Source: Phoronis australis (Eukaryota > Animalia > Phoronida). Taken from it: 64,000 bases of DNA. This document shows, piece by piece, positions 14,001 through 24,908 of this stretch. The notes under the pieces were generated by a model. That model saw only the letters and a list, made by a program, of their open reading frames with translations, had not been told where the DNA came from and did no database searches. The translations under genes and the position numbers were made by a program. The stretch covers positions 124,001-188,000 of the forward strand of contig NMRA01000078.1 in NCBI GenBank assembly GCA_002633005.1, in the 5' to 3' direction. Positions within the stretch are counted from its first letter, which is position 1. Each line of letters starts with the position of its first letter.

Positions 14001-17000
14001 CCGCTGCATCAGAAAACGGCTACAGTAAACCTTCCTCAAATTCGAACAAAAATAATGGCTGAAATTGTTACGTTTTCATTTTTCAAATGCTCACTGTACA
14101 GCGTAAAAGTTCAAAATTTCATTGTGTGATGCTGACAGTTATCAAATAATGAAATGAAATTGTCTTCTTGTTTACTCTTGTTGAAAATTTCGACAATATA
14201 AAATTTCACGGTTCCATCAGAATGTGTTTGGATTGGAAAAAACTTTACCACATTGTGTCAAATTGTGTCTAAAACATCGTTTTAATTCTAAATTACAACC
14301 CGAAATAGACAATCACTGTAATCTAAGTAATAATAAATTGCAAAGTAAATTCATAATCTAAAAAGAAGATTACTTGAAATGTCTAGCTGCATAAGAACTG
14401 AGGTGATTTCAACCTTGTCTAAGGTCCTAATAGTTGTCACTTCCAATAGCTTGAAAATTATTGGACTTGACACTGATGACATGCCACAATTTTTCTGTTT
14501 TGTAATTCTTCGTTTTTAAAGAGAAACTCTTGAGCAGCTGTACAAATGACAAAAAGGTATGTTGAGATATTTTTGTGCATTTAAAATTCAACTTGTTTCA
14601 ATATTTTTTCATCTGGTGAGAAACAAACAAAAATTTCAATGGAGAAAACAAATCAAAGATTTCATTTGGCGTGATATCCACTTTGATTGGCTTAGAGTAA
14701 ACATAATTATTTATAATAGCAATGATGACAAACAATGAATGAACTTGCAATGTAACAAGTTTAAAGAGCTTGCTAAAGGCACTTATGATATTTTAGCATC
14801 AACAGTATCCACCCTACAATACGAAATTTTGGAACGATGCCAAGTCCTGAGTATTACTTAAACTATTTGAAAACTTACATCACAAAATAACTTGTGCTCA
14901 ATCAGTAATAAATTTGCTATAGATATGCAAAATTTCAGTCAAACAACATTGTTATTCACATTTCTCTATTAAAGAGCATTGAAGCCTTGGGGATTTTGAA
15001 AAAGAGAATCAACACAGCTAATTTAAGCGCAAAACGAAGAGAGAAAATCAATAGCCATGTAGACTAATTCAGCACAGCACGCAACATCAGGCAGCGAACT
15101 TACAGAATTCAACTGACCAATACAGTTAGCTGGGAATGTAGAAATTTGGAGAAATACTATTCACGCAAAAAGGATCCAACAAAATCGAAGAATTAGTACA
15201 CATTAAGTTCTGTTCATGATTGTCTTATGCAAATGAGTAATAATGACCAAGCGAGGAGTCTCATTGGCTGTGGACAAGCCAAATGGTGAAGGGACTTTTT
15301 CATATAGAGCACAGCTAACAGCTATAATGAAAGAGGTGTCCCTGGGTGCCAAAATATCCGAAAGATATCATCAGCATGTTTGCGCGCCCTTTGGTACCCT
15401 TTTATTGGTGTGAATTACAATTTTGGGAAAGTGGAGTTTTGCCCATGGATTTAAAAACAATGCTGCTTAATTTTAACAAATTTTATCAAATCAAATATTA
15501 TTACGTTATCATTTTTGCACTGCATTTAACATTGAAGGGAACACCACTCTGGTTTGGCCTGGGGTTCATGTCAACATTGTGAACAATGTTTCAAAGTCAA
15601 TGACCTATGAAGACAGACTTTGGTCATCCTCATTCTGGCTATGTTAATCTATATTTTCAACTTGATAACTGCCTGTCCCACTAATTTGTCATGTGTATTT
15701 CCGGTTAGTTATTTCAGTTTTCTGTGATTTAAAGACATCAGTTACAAATTTGTCTAGAGTCCTTTACACATTCCACTATAAGTCAAGAGTTAGTTGCACA
15801 GAGCACTGTAAAGTTTAGTACAAATCAATAAAGCAACCAGATTGTCGGAGGAATTGAAACAGAGCAAACAATTACAAAGAGAACAGTATGTATAGCATGA
15901 GGACACTGATACATGTCCAAGCAATAATGTTTTAACCTGTTCCTCTGGAATACAATTAAGCCAGCTTTTGTAATTTTACACAATAATTGGTAGATGTGTT
16001 GCTGCAATCTCCATTTGGTTATAAATGTGCATCCCGTCAAAGAAACTAACATTTGCTGGTCTCAACTCGGTCCTAACTCAACTGAGAAAACGTTTCTAGA
16101 CTTCAAAAAAATTTATTCATTATTGCGTACTAGACACACAAAACAACCCAACGTGACACGCCAATTTGTAGCGGCTAGTCTCAAGCAATAACGAACTGTC
16201 AGTTCTTTCTACACCATGAATTCAATTCTAATTTGACTGGAGAACAATTTAAGACGAATTTCATAACAGTAAGATATATAAAATTAACAAATTTTTGTGA
16301 TGGAAGTCTAATTTATGACCTCTTTAAAATTTGAAGTTGAGTTGACATTATCACTACCCTATTGGAGGATGAAATGTTTCTTCGTTAAACACAGGGCTCG
16401 ACATAAGCCAGAACATGCTCGCAAAATACCATTAGAAAAAGTAAAATCCAAGAAGGAAATTGACCTCTCTCGTATTATTTGAATGGCCCGCAGTGGACAC
16501 TAATTGTTTTTTGCCACTTTTACGAATGGAAATCTGGAAAGACGAGTGCAGAATATATCATCACTAGTGTTTTTGAGCAGGCATTTCTGACAATGCCGAG
16601 CACTGACTGGATACACACTGAACATTTAAGGTTTTGAGTTACAATTTGAGAATGAGTCGTGCATTAGAGAATGACCATCTTATAGTTCATGTTAGTTAAT
16701 TGAATGTTAAAAGGTATAACAATAAAATTTGCCATTTCCCAGTTCACCAAGAATAGGTGCATGTTAAATGTCGGACGTCAAAAACCACTGCACCATGGGT
16801 AAGTCAAACCTACAGAGACATACCCCACCAAAATTGGGTTGAGTACTGCCTCCCCCCCATTGCCTCACACTGGATTCCCTGGGAACTGAAACTTAAAGTA
16901 AATCCCAAGTCTATACACTACAGTCGAGAGGTGATTACATCACTGGTTATCTTTACTTTATGATATAACTAGCATCAGGGGCATATTTTATTGGGGAATT

Positions 17001-17239
17001 CGAACAGCGTCAGGTGACACTGGATCATGAATAGAGTGGTCATGATGGAATGTTAGGAATGCAATCGCATCTGAACACTTTCAATGGCCACCAGGCAATA
17101 ACCAGTCCACAGTTATTTTGAGTGGATAAACGTGCCACAACTAGTCAATTTTAGCTACTTAGAACAGCTTACCTGTAGATGAGGTATTGGTTTCCACCAT
17201 AGATGCTGCTCGAGACAACACGTCCAAGGCAGACTCCAT
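1793..17239 (-). CDS. VGLL4: Vestigial-like 4 / Tondu-domain growth inhibitor (Tgi)-family TEAD co-repressor, spliced; exons 17239-17173, 9533-9401, 6863-6715, 3145-2978, 2001-1793; 241 aa
   Basis: N-terminus MESALDVLSRAASMVE matches the VGLL4 start METPLDVLSRAASLV. Also has RPSVI and the TDU motifs DPAIDEHFRRSLGKNY, SVDDHFARALGTTW and SVDDHFTKALGDKW. All introns are GT-AG with consistent phases (1,2,1,1); total 726 nt ending in TAG. Confidence 0.92.
2194..2423 (+). mobile_element. Non-autonomous DNA transposon (MITE), CAGGGCTTGGAAT family, AT-rich subtype
   Basis: 13-bp TIRs CAGGGCTTGGAAT/ATTCCAAGCCCTG; 6-bp TSD AAATTA/AAGTTA. Confidence 0.85.
2978..3145 (-). CDS. VGLL4: VGLL4/Tgi coding exon 4 (TDU motif 1)
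   Basis: DPAIDEHFRRSLGKNY; CAG acceptor, G|GTGAG donor. Confidence 0.92.
3235..3698 (+). mobile_element. Non-autonomous DNA transposon, CAGGGCTTGGAAT family, GC-richer subtype
   Basis: TIRs plus a perfect 6-bp TSD ATGTTT; near-identical inverted copy at 31840-32401. Confidence 0.92.
4627..4889 (+). mobile_element. MITE, CAGGGCTTGGAAT family, AT-rich subtype
   Basis: TIRs; similar to 2194-2423; TSD TTAACA/ATAACA. Confidence 0.85.
6715..6863 (-). CDS. VGLL4: VGLL4/Tgi coding exon 3 (PLNLS and RPSVI motifs)
   Basis: Part of ORF 6593..7096; TAG acceptor, G|GTATG donor; RPSVI is conserved in the VGLL4 family. Confidence 0.85.
6954..7526. mobile_element. PIF/Harbinger-type MITE
   Basis: About 40-bp TIRs GGGCTGTTCCAG.AAAATCTGTATGGGAGGGGGG.AAGGCA; 3-bp TTA TSD on both sides; internal ATGGGTGGT sub-repeats. 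Confidence 0.88.
9401..9533 (-). CDS. VGLL4: VGLL4/Tgi coding exon 2 (VKLGSLTDGMKESPVKELPTKTQKYKRIHNRQ...)
   Basis: Pyrimidine tract plus TAG acceptor, GTAAG donor; open frame bridging phase 1 to phase 2 between exons 1 and 3. Confidence 0.75.
11022..11085 (-). CDS. Candidate alternative first coding exon of VGLL4 (MTQSLYQVMTTPGTWPSWYSQ)
   Basis: ATG at 11085; AAG|GTAGG donor in phase 1, compatible with exon 2; TATA-like box about 115 nt upstream. Confidence 0.45.
11170..11435 (-). promoter_or_regulatory. Candidate intronic promoter/enhancer: TATA box plus cluster of TEAD (MCAT) motifs
   Basis: TATATATAA at ~11207-11199; GGAATG-CAT-GGAATT at 11234-11248; TGGAATG 11260; CATTCCA 11327 and 11399; CATACCA ~11311 and ~11427. 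Confidence 0.5.
16392..16605. mobile_element. Degenerate hAT-like MITE
   Basis: Imperfect TIRs CAGGGCTCGACAT / ATGCCGAGCACTG; no clear TSD. Confidence 0.45.
17047..17061. promoter_or_regulatory. Tandem double TEAD motif in VGLL4 intron 1
   Basis: GGAATG-TTA-GGAATG, the 3-bp-spaced double TEAD arrangement. Confidence 0.5.
17173..17239 (-). CDS. VGLL4: VGLL4/Tgi coding exon 1 (MESALDVLSRAASMVETNTSST)
   Basis: ATG at 17239; donor G|GTAAG at 17173; conserved LDVLSRAA motif. Confidence 0.9.
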
Positions 17240-17489
17240 TTATCGGTTACTGTCGACAGCGAGACACGCAGGTAAAATTCCTGGTGAAGACCAAACAAGA
17301 AATTTAACAACCACCTTGCGATGACTTCCCAATGAAAATATGGCGTGAAATTAGAAAAAATAATTACAAAGATGATAGAAAATCAAGCCAGATACTTGCT
17401 TGTAGCAAGAACAATACTATTGAATGCGTTTTTCTCGATGGTCGCAGAGAAAATGTCCAAAATTCCTCTCCTGTTGACCCGCAAATAAA

Positions 17490-17570
17490 CATAAAGAATG
17501 ACTGGAATGTTACTGATCACATGACATAAAATAGGCTTTTGATTGGCAAATGACCTGTGTGCCGGAAGCG
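17490..17570. promoter_or_regulatory. VGLL4 proximal regulatory region: double TEAD motif, CCAAT box, ETS-like site
   Basis: AGAATG-ACT-GGAATG at 17495-17509; ATTGG ~17542; CCGGAAG ~17562; 250-330 bp upstream of the ATG. Confidence 0.45.
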
Positions 17571-18756
17571 ATCAAAAACAGTCTGCTATTTTTCAACCAA
17601 CCCACGAACATTATGGATTTTGATTGTTTATGCTTGAATACATCACTGCAACCTCCACACTGACTGTAGATTGTGTCAGTCATATTCCACGCTTAGAGAC
17701 TTAACGTTTAGCAACATTTTGGCAATGGAAAATATGATTTTATGAGAATACAAGGGACATCGCAAGTGATAACCTATAAGTTAGAACGCAAGAAAAAACA
17801 AAGTACCAAGAAGAATATTATCCCTTAAAAACAAAAGGTAAAAAGTTAATGTTAAGTGTCACATTTATTATTTTGTACACTAACTTACGTATTCGCGACA
17901 GTAAGCTGAGAAACAATAGTTTACTTCTCTTTTTGCAATTCTAATTTTATACTGACCAGTGCTAATTGCAGCACTGACTTGAAGTAGGCTAAAAAAAGAC
18001 TTAGAGGTTACAGTCACTTCGGTCACGAAGTTTTCTCAGTTTCAAGTGATAGACCCAAGTGGGTCTCACCAAATGAAGAGCTTCGGTTGTTTCTACGATT
18101 AGTGGATGATCAGCAATGTAAGTATGTAAAATTCATAACACGAATGTGGTCAATCATTCTTAATACACGTCTCGTGCTGTGTTTGAACATCTACACTGAC
18201 GGGAAAACCAAAGACGGGTTAATATTCAGAGGAAACAATAATGAAAGAGTGAGGGCTATGACGCAGTGTTTCTTTTTTCGATTTCTGAGTCTCACATGAT
18301 AATCCCTGGCTTTGCCATGTCAGTTTGTGACTTTAGCCGTTAGGTGTGCTCTTGTCAGCAAAATTGATAAACAACTTTACTAAAATGTAGGAGTTAGAGT
18401 AAGAAAGTTACTAGTAGGGTTTAGTAAAATTATTTAACTCGAGCTATTGCAGTATTTCTAAGTGTAGAGCTCTCAAATTTGTTTACCAGGATTTTAACAG
18501 TCTCTATGAATCATTTCTAGAAAAGTTGAATGCTCCCACTTGGAGGTTTTCAAAAACCTGTTGGTGGCCAATCGTCTCCTTGTTTCATGTGGGACATATC
18601 TGCAGACTCTCGGTCCGATCTTAGGTCTGGTGGTACTATCTACCATGTGTGCACCACCAGATACCAGCTAAACCCCTGTCCATTGATATCAAGATTTTAA
18701 CAGCATCTCTCACTGTCAAAACCTTATGCCACAGAGAAAGCCCTTGATGCTGAATG

Positions 18757-19412
18757 TGTAGAAATTGCTGAGATTACCTGAACCGGGAATCGAACCAGCC
18801 ACCCCGATAAAACCAGCGTGCGTGCTAACCATTTATCTAATAGGCAATTGCCCATGAGCGAGTGGCTAACAGAGGTTCATATGATTCACTAGAAGCATAT
18901 CTACAACTTTCCTCCCTTTCCAACAGCTGTGCTTCCTGGCTGCAGATCTCAGCGACACAGTAGTGTCCTCAGTGGAATTTGCCCTCAGTAACGCTCTCCT
19001 GTGGTCTGGATTGCACCAATAGCACCCTGTCCGGGGTCCGCAGACTCCCGAGTTGACAGTGCTTCCTCGGTATATCATCCGTTTGCCAACTACGCCTATC
19101 ATAACGTTAAATCGTGGTGAGAGACCGTCCGGAGTTGGTATATGGTGCAACTCTGGACGGTCTGCGATGAACAGAAAACCTCAGTTCTACACCAATGTGA
19201 TAAACGAGAGTAGTTCTACTTGCCACGTCAGCTGCACGTATCGTAGTCTCTTTTGTGACACACTATGTGTGGTTGGGCAAAGCCTTTCAAAATATTGTAG
19301 ATATGCTAGTAGAGCGTGAGACCCCTGAGGTCCCTGTAAAGTCCTCACGACAATTCTACGTTATGTGTAGAAATTGCCGAGATTTCCCGTCTGGGGAATC
19401 GAACCAACTACA
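18757..19412. mobile_element. LTR-like/TRIM-like element containing a tRNA-type Pol III promoter on the minus strand
   Basis: TGTAGAAATTG...CAATTCTAC unit (18757-19360), then a second short copy 19366-19412 ending CTACA; AATG on both outer flanks; B box GGTTCGATTCC at 18796-18786 and A-box-like TAGATAAATGG at 18839-18829. Confidence 0.6.
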
Positions 19413-20439
19413 AATGGACTTAAGTCTATATGTTGTAGCGAACATGGAGTGTTTGTCCTATGTGTGTCATTGGCAACATGTCTGAGAACAGTGTTCCACT
19501 CTGACATTGCATTCCGTGGACAATAAGTGGAACAGAATTGGACTTAGATAATAACGCAGACCATGATGACTGGTGGTCATTGAATAGAATCTTGATGCAC
19601 AAAACTGAATCTTTCCATTTCCTGCCCAGTTGAACGCCACATAAATACCATACGAGGGAGTAATTGAAATATGAACCAAGTAAATGCATAGTAAATTGTT
19701 AACTTTACTGCATGTGTCCAACACATGAAGCACATATTTCACTGCTTTGATGCAGAGGTTCTCCTCCTGTTCATGGAAGTTTAATTTACAATCAGTTGGT
19801 GTACTTTAAGTGTACACATGATATTCAGTGGTTGTATTATTTTTTCCGTGGAAGCAAACATCTGTGTAATCTGACATTTTGTGACCGACCTATTTTTTCC
19901 ATACACGGCATGTATTCTGTGCCAAGGGAGCTAACTTGAAACACTCAACAGTGAAATTCCGCATGAAGTCGGAAGTATTTCAAAGCGTTTTACTTCATGC
20001 AAAAATAGTTATCAAATACGTATTAAATGTGATAACTCTGTCAAATTGTTTAAACAGTTTTAGAGAGTTATCACATATAATAAAATTGTCACCAATACTT
20101 TGGTAATCACTCAGTGTGTGGCCCTGCTAAGAACGACTTTGAATTTATCGTCATTGGCCAACATGGTTTTACTGAAACCCTCTCTCATCGTATCACTTGC
20201 TGCATTTGTTAAAACAGTTCTAACTTCATTCATAGATCTATATGAACGTGTAAGAATAGGCAATATCTAGTCTATCTTTAATTCTCAAGTTCCTAAGAGT
20301 TGCATATACAGCAATAATAGTATAAATCAGAAATTTCCATGATCTCTGATTATTATAGAGACAGGAATGATTGTATAGACCCAACATTTTTGTCTAGAAA
20401 AATAGAATAATTGTACAGTATGGAGTGGAAATTGGTCGA

Positions 20440-20650
20440 AAATGAATTATAATAGTTATAGAATTGAATCATGGTATTAGGCTGCAAATGAATTATAATA
20501 GTACAGAATTGAATCATGGTATTAGGCTGCAAATGAATTATAATAGTATAGAATTGAATCATGGTATTAGGCTGCAAATGAATTATAATAGTATAGAATT
20601 GAATCATGGTATTAGGCTGCAAATGAATTATAATAGTTATAGAATTGAAT
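20440..20650. repeat. Minisatellite, 45-bp unit, about 4.5 copies
   Basis: GAATTGAATCATGGTATTAGGCTGCAAATGAATTATAATAGTATA repeated in tandem. Confidence 0.95.
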
Positions 20651-23052
20651 AATGCAGGGCTCCACGCTATTAAAATTGCCAGGGCCGAGGCGACCTAGCC
20701 AAATTCCTAGGTCTCATTTTCGAAATCTAGCTCGCATTCATAAATGCCAGGTCACAAAATTTTCCCGCCATTTTACGTGCCAAATTAGATTTTTTAGATC
20801 ACCAAAAAATGTTTAAGATTATGCGCTTACCTGCAGCGTTAAATACTCACAAATTTCAGATCGCAAAATTGACTTCATTCATGCAGGTATGGCGTTACTG
20901 TTCTTCACAATGGCCATTGAAAGGCTCTAGAGCGCAAAGCAAGTTGCTGACGTGAAAGTTGAATCAGTGCTCTTTAACTGACACGTACATTCGAGTAGCT
21001 AAGTTGGCGATGTGAAAAGCGAGAAAATGCCCGTTGAAAAAGTATCTAGGATTTTGGTGGGTTTGACCTGCAACTGGCTGTCATCAAAGTCGTTAAAGAT
21101 TCAAACTAACTCGGGGTGCAAATTCCCTCCACTTTTTGTTCGCAGCCCAAATTTTGCAACTTGACGTTTGAAAAACATCAGTCGAAAAATAATCCCTGAA
21201 ACGATGCCCTAACCGAATGACCTATTTGGATGTGTGGGAACAATTCAGTGCAAATTTCACATCAAAAATGTGGTGCTTATGCTGTTTACGTACTCAACAA
21301 TTAGTTTTCCATGAAATGAATATAGCCTCGAAATAATTCCCGACTCCCTCCGTGCGGGTTTCCATTGGGTAATGGCAAATTTGCCCCTCAATACCTTCCA
21401 AGTACGAGAAAAATAGGTCAGTCACAAAGCAACACTAGTGTTAACTTTTTTCGGAGCTATAAAACAAAGCCGAAATTTAGTTTTTACATATTGAGAAAAG
21501 ACGTTTTTTGAAAACTGAATTTGTTGTGTAAAATGAGAGTGATACACCATATAGGCTGCGTGTCAATTTTAAACCACACGCGTTCGTTTGTAGTGCGCTA
21601 TGATGAGCCTTAGCCTGAACTGTGGGCGCTTAATTGGAAATTCTCAAAAGTTGAGGGGGAACGCTTAGTAGATCAGTGAGTGCTTATTATGAAACACTTC
21701 AAAAGGTAGTGAGTAGGCTTGTGCGTGAGCATAGTCGTTAACCTGAGTGTTTGCGGTAATAAGATATTAAAAGACTGCAATGGTAAGAAACGTTATATTA
21801 ATACGATTTTGCGAGGCAAACTCCATCTAGGGGTGATTTTCTCTATATCGTTACCACCTACACTGTACCCTTTTTAGCCACCCGGAATAATTTTGTTTTT
21901 AATTGCCTGCTTCAGCCGGAACAAGATTGTTTCTATTGGAGTCTTAATAGTTTACGGCGACGGTGGTCCGGGGAGCGAAAAGTTGGCAGCTGGTGTATGA
22001 AGAGATTGAAGAATAAAAAGTTCGCTAACCACAATTTTGCGTCTAGTATCCGTTTAGTTGCAGTAGCTGGCTACGGTCATAGGAGGGTTTAGGGAACCTC
22101 GACCTCGGGGAAACATGGGGACAGGAAAATATCAGTTCTGGGTTATATCGGTCCCGTAGAATATCGTAAGGCATCGGGTCTTTTATAACCGCCGGGAATC
22201 TATGACTTCATTTTCAAATAAACCATTGGCACCTGAGTGCTTAACTGAGCCAAGCCGGTATACTCCTTCATTTAGGACTGTCGCTGTTCTCTTTTGATGT
22301 GCAGCTTTGAAGTGGTGCGCACGCGTGAGTTCACGCACTTGAATCGCTGGAGTAGGCCTACACTTTACCTTGGTAACGTGTGAAGGACAAATCATATTTT
22401 GCGCTCATAGCCCCAGAAAACAAGGGTTTGAGAATTTCTTGGCAACTGAAAGTAAAGACGTGGCCGTCGTTTGGCGATTAATAGGGTTGTTATTTTCACT
22501 TTGGCTGTCTTATGTGATTCTAACGAGACACACATGTCTAAGTCACGATTTTCTGCTGTGACTGCTTGGGCGCTAAAAACGGGACCGACCAGTTCCGCAG
22601 TGCGATATCAGGGATTGTCGTGGATATTTGGTACATGAAATAAGGAAATCTTACGCGAAAAATAAACATTTGTCCACCACTAAGTTTGGTAAGTTGATCA
22701 CTTAATTCACTGTCACCTGTGGCTTCAGTGACTGTTTGTTTCTGCAATATCTTATGGTAATCATGATGACTAGCGTCTGAAAATAAAAATTCATGAACGT
22801 TAAATTGGGACTTTTCTCTCTTGTTCTTTCTTTCATGTCAGTCTTTAGAACTCTGTCATTTGAATAGTGTGTAATAGATGGCACTACTAGTGTCCAGTAA
22901 CTTGAAGAACTCCATGTTGGCTTATACAGTGAGTTTGATTTAGATTCTTTGCTTGTCTGTCATCCGTTCCTTGGCTTGCGTGCTTCTTTCCACTCCTTGA
23001 GTGGGGTTGTGTGGTCAGAAATACTAAACCTGGCAGTTGTAACTGATACTAG

Positions 23053-23133
23053 TAGGGGTCCTGGAGTTTGAGAACCAGTTTGATACGTGTTATTTAGTGG
23101 AGAAAACTGGTTCTCAAAATGTAGGATCTCCTG
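23053..23133 (+). repeat. Mini-hairpin dispersed repeat, copy 1
   Basis: TTTGAGAACCAGTTT-loop-AAACTGGTTCTCAAA; other copies at 38911-38978 and 54210-54294. Confidence 0.8.
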
Positions 23134-24908
23134 TAGGTGACTGCATGTTACCCCAAAGTGGCCAAGGGAGCAATTGGTGAAGTAGGCAACAATATTAACC
23201 AAATTATGAAAACTCTATATGAGAGGATCTGACCAGTTTTTTCATATCATTAGCGGTAGGCATCTGCACAGTATTTGTTACAGTTAGAAAACTGCTGTAT
23301 CACTTTGTATCTATCATGTGATTTTCATTAGCAGTCTTATCTTCGCAAACATTCTCACCATGAAGTAGCTGATATTTATGTTTTGATATTTTAAGTTCTG
23401 CTGCGATTGCTCAGTGATCATTTTTACATGGTTTCTCAAATACTTTTGTATCTAGGAAGGAATGACTGTTGTGGATTCTGACTACTCTTGCCCCACCTAG
23501 TGACCATGTTTGAAAAAGTGCATTCTTTTTTGCTTTGAGATTGGGATGTACCAGTTAAGTAGATGTTGCTCTAGTCTGGAGCAGGTCCAGAGGATACAAA
23601 CCTTTTTCTCTACCCTTTTCGGCGTGTTGTAGTGGGGGGGATAATAAGTGTCCCCCCCATGACTTTGCATCGTCAGACCTCCTTTGGCCTTGCTGGTGTC
23701 TTCCTATGGGGGTTCGAATTTGTATACATGTAACTGACACATCACCTCATTCACAAATGCACAGTTGTCTTATACATACAAATGTTCAGCCAGCGTGGTT
23801 GGTGATGCCTGTCCAAGTGCCTAACAGGTGGCCCTGAGAGCAGTACGTTGTAGACCGGGATGAATTTTAAAATCGTTAGACGTCAAAAAAAGAATATTGT
23901 AATCTATCTGGATCTTCCAAGAAAAGTGCTATTACAGTGTGATGAGGACACTTGCAATCTCAGTCTACACCAATGTACTGTGTGCGGCGCCATCTGTTAG
24001 GGACTGAGGAAGGCACCAGCAGTCACATACACTGAAAATTTCTGTAAGGTAATTATCAATTTCTTGGATGGAAAAAATGAAGTTTGTCATGTCAGTTATA
24101 CTTTTCTATACTGATGTTCAAGTTGTTTGGAGATTGTGTAGGTACATTTCTACCTGTGTGTGTAGGCACTGCCTAAGCCTCCATGTACCCACCATGCACT
24201 ATTGTTGTGAAATGTGGGTCACATGTTTTTCAGCACTATTCTGCTTCCATTTGCAGTAAACTCTCATGGGCGAAAAGAATTTCTGCGTGTCCTTTTCTAT
24301 TTGTGAAAGGCTTCTAAAATTGTTTTGGGGCAATTCCGTGAAAAGGTCGACTTCGACACAAAAAATTAAAATTCTGGCTACACCAACATTTTTGGTCTCG
24401 TCTGAAAGCCCTCTCTCTCTAGTTTCAAGACCCATATTTGACTATCCTATAACTTTCAATTTTTTGCTGAAATGGACCCATTTTTGGGGGTCACTTGACC
24501 CTAAAAAATTAGCTCGATTTTCATGTGTGTTGCTAATTGTTGTCATAAAAAAGCTAATTATGGGGTTTTCACTATACTATCACTTAACTGCCATTGTGTC
24601 CTAATTGTAGTCGAGATTTTACTGCTACAGTTGTGTAACATGACACCAGGTGGCACCTGTTTACTTGAGGTGAAACTGAGGTTCCAAGTTAGGAAAGCTT
24701 GTGTAATATTAGCCAGTCAGCTAACTGTGTATGACAGAATGATTGGTAACAAATTTAAACGAAGCCCCAAGCTCGCTTTTTCAGGCTAATTGACTTGCAC
24801 TCCCTACAGTGCGTAACTTCTTGCAGTTTCAACATTCAAAGGACACCTGCATTGGCTGTTAATAGGCATATGCAATGCACATTTTGCGTAACCATCAGAA
24901 AAATGTAG

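Noticed and set aside
18775-18850. tRNA gene on the minus strand
   Set aside because: B box is good but the acceptor, D and anticodon stems do not pair; it is embedded in a repeat unit
20353-20652. Repetitive ORFs and a possible CRISPR-like array
   Set aside because: Head-to-tail 45-bp tandem repeat with no unique spacers; eukaryotic context and no cas genes. The same applies to the arrays at 35030, 46386 and 56208.
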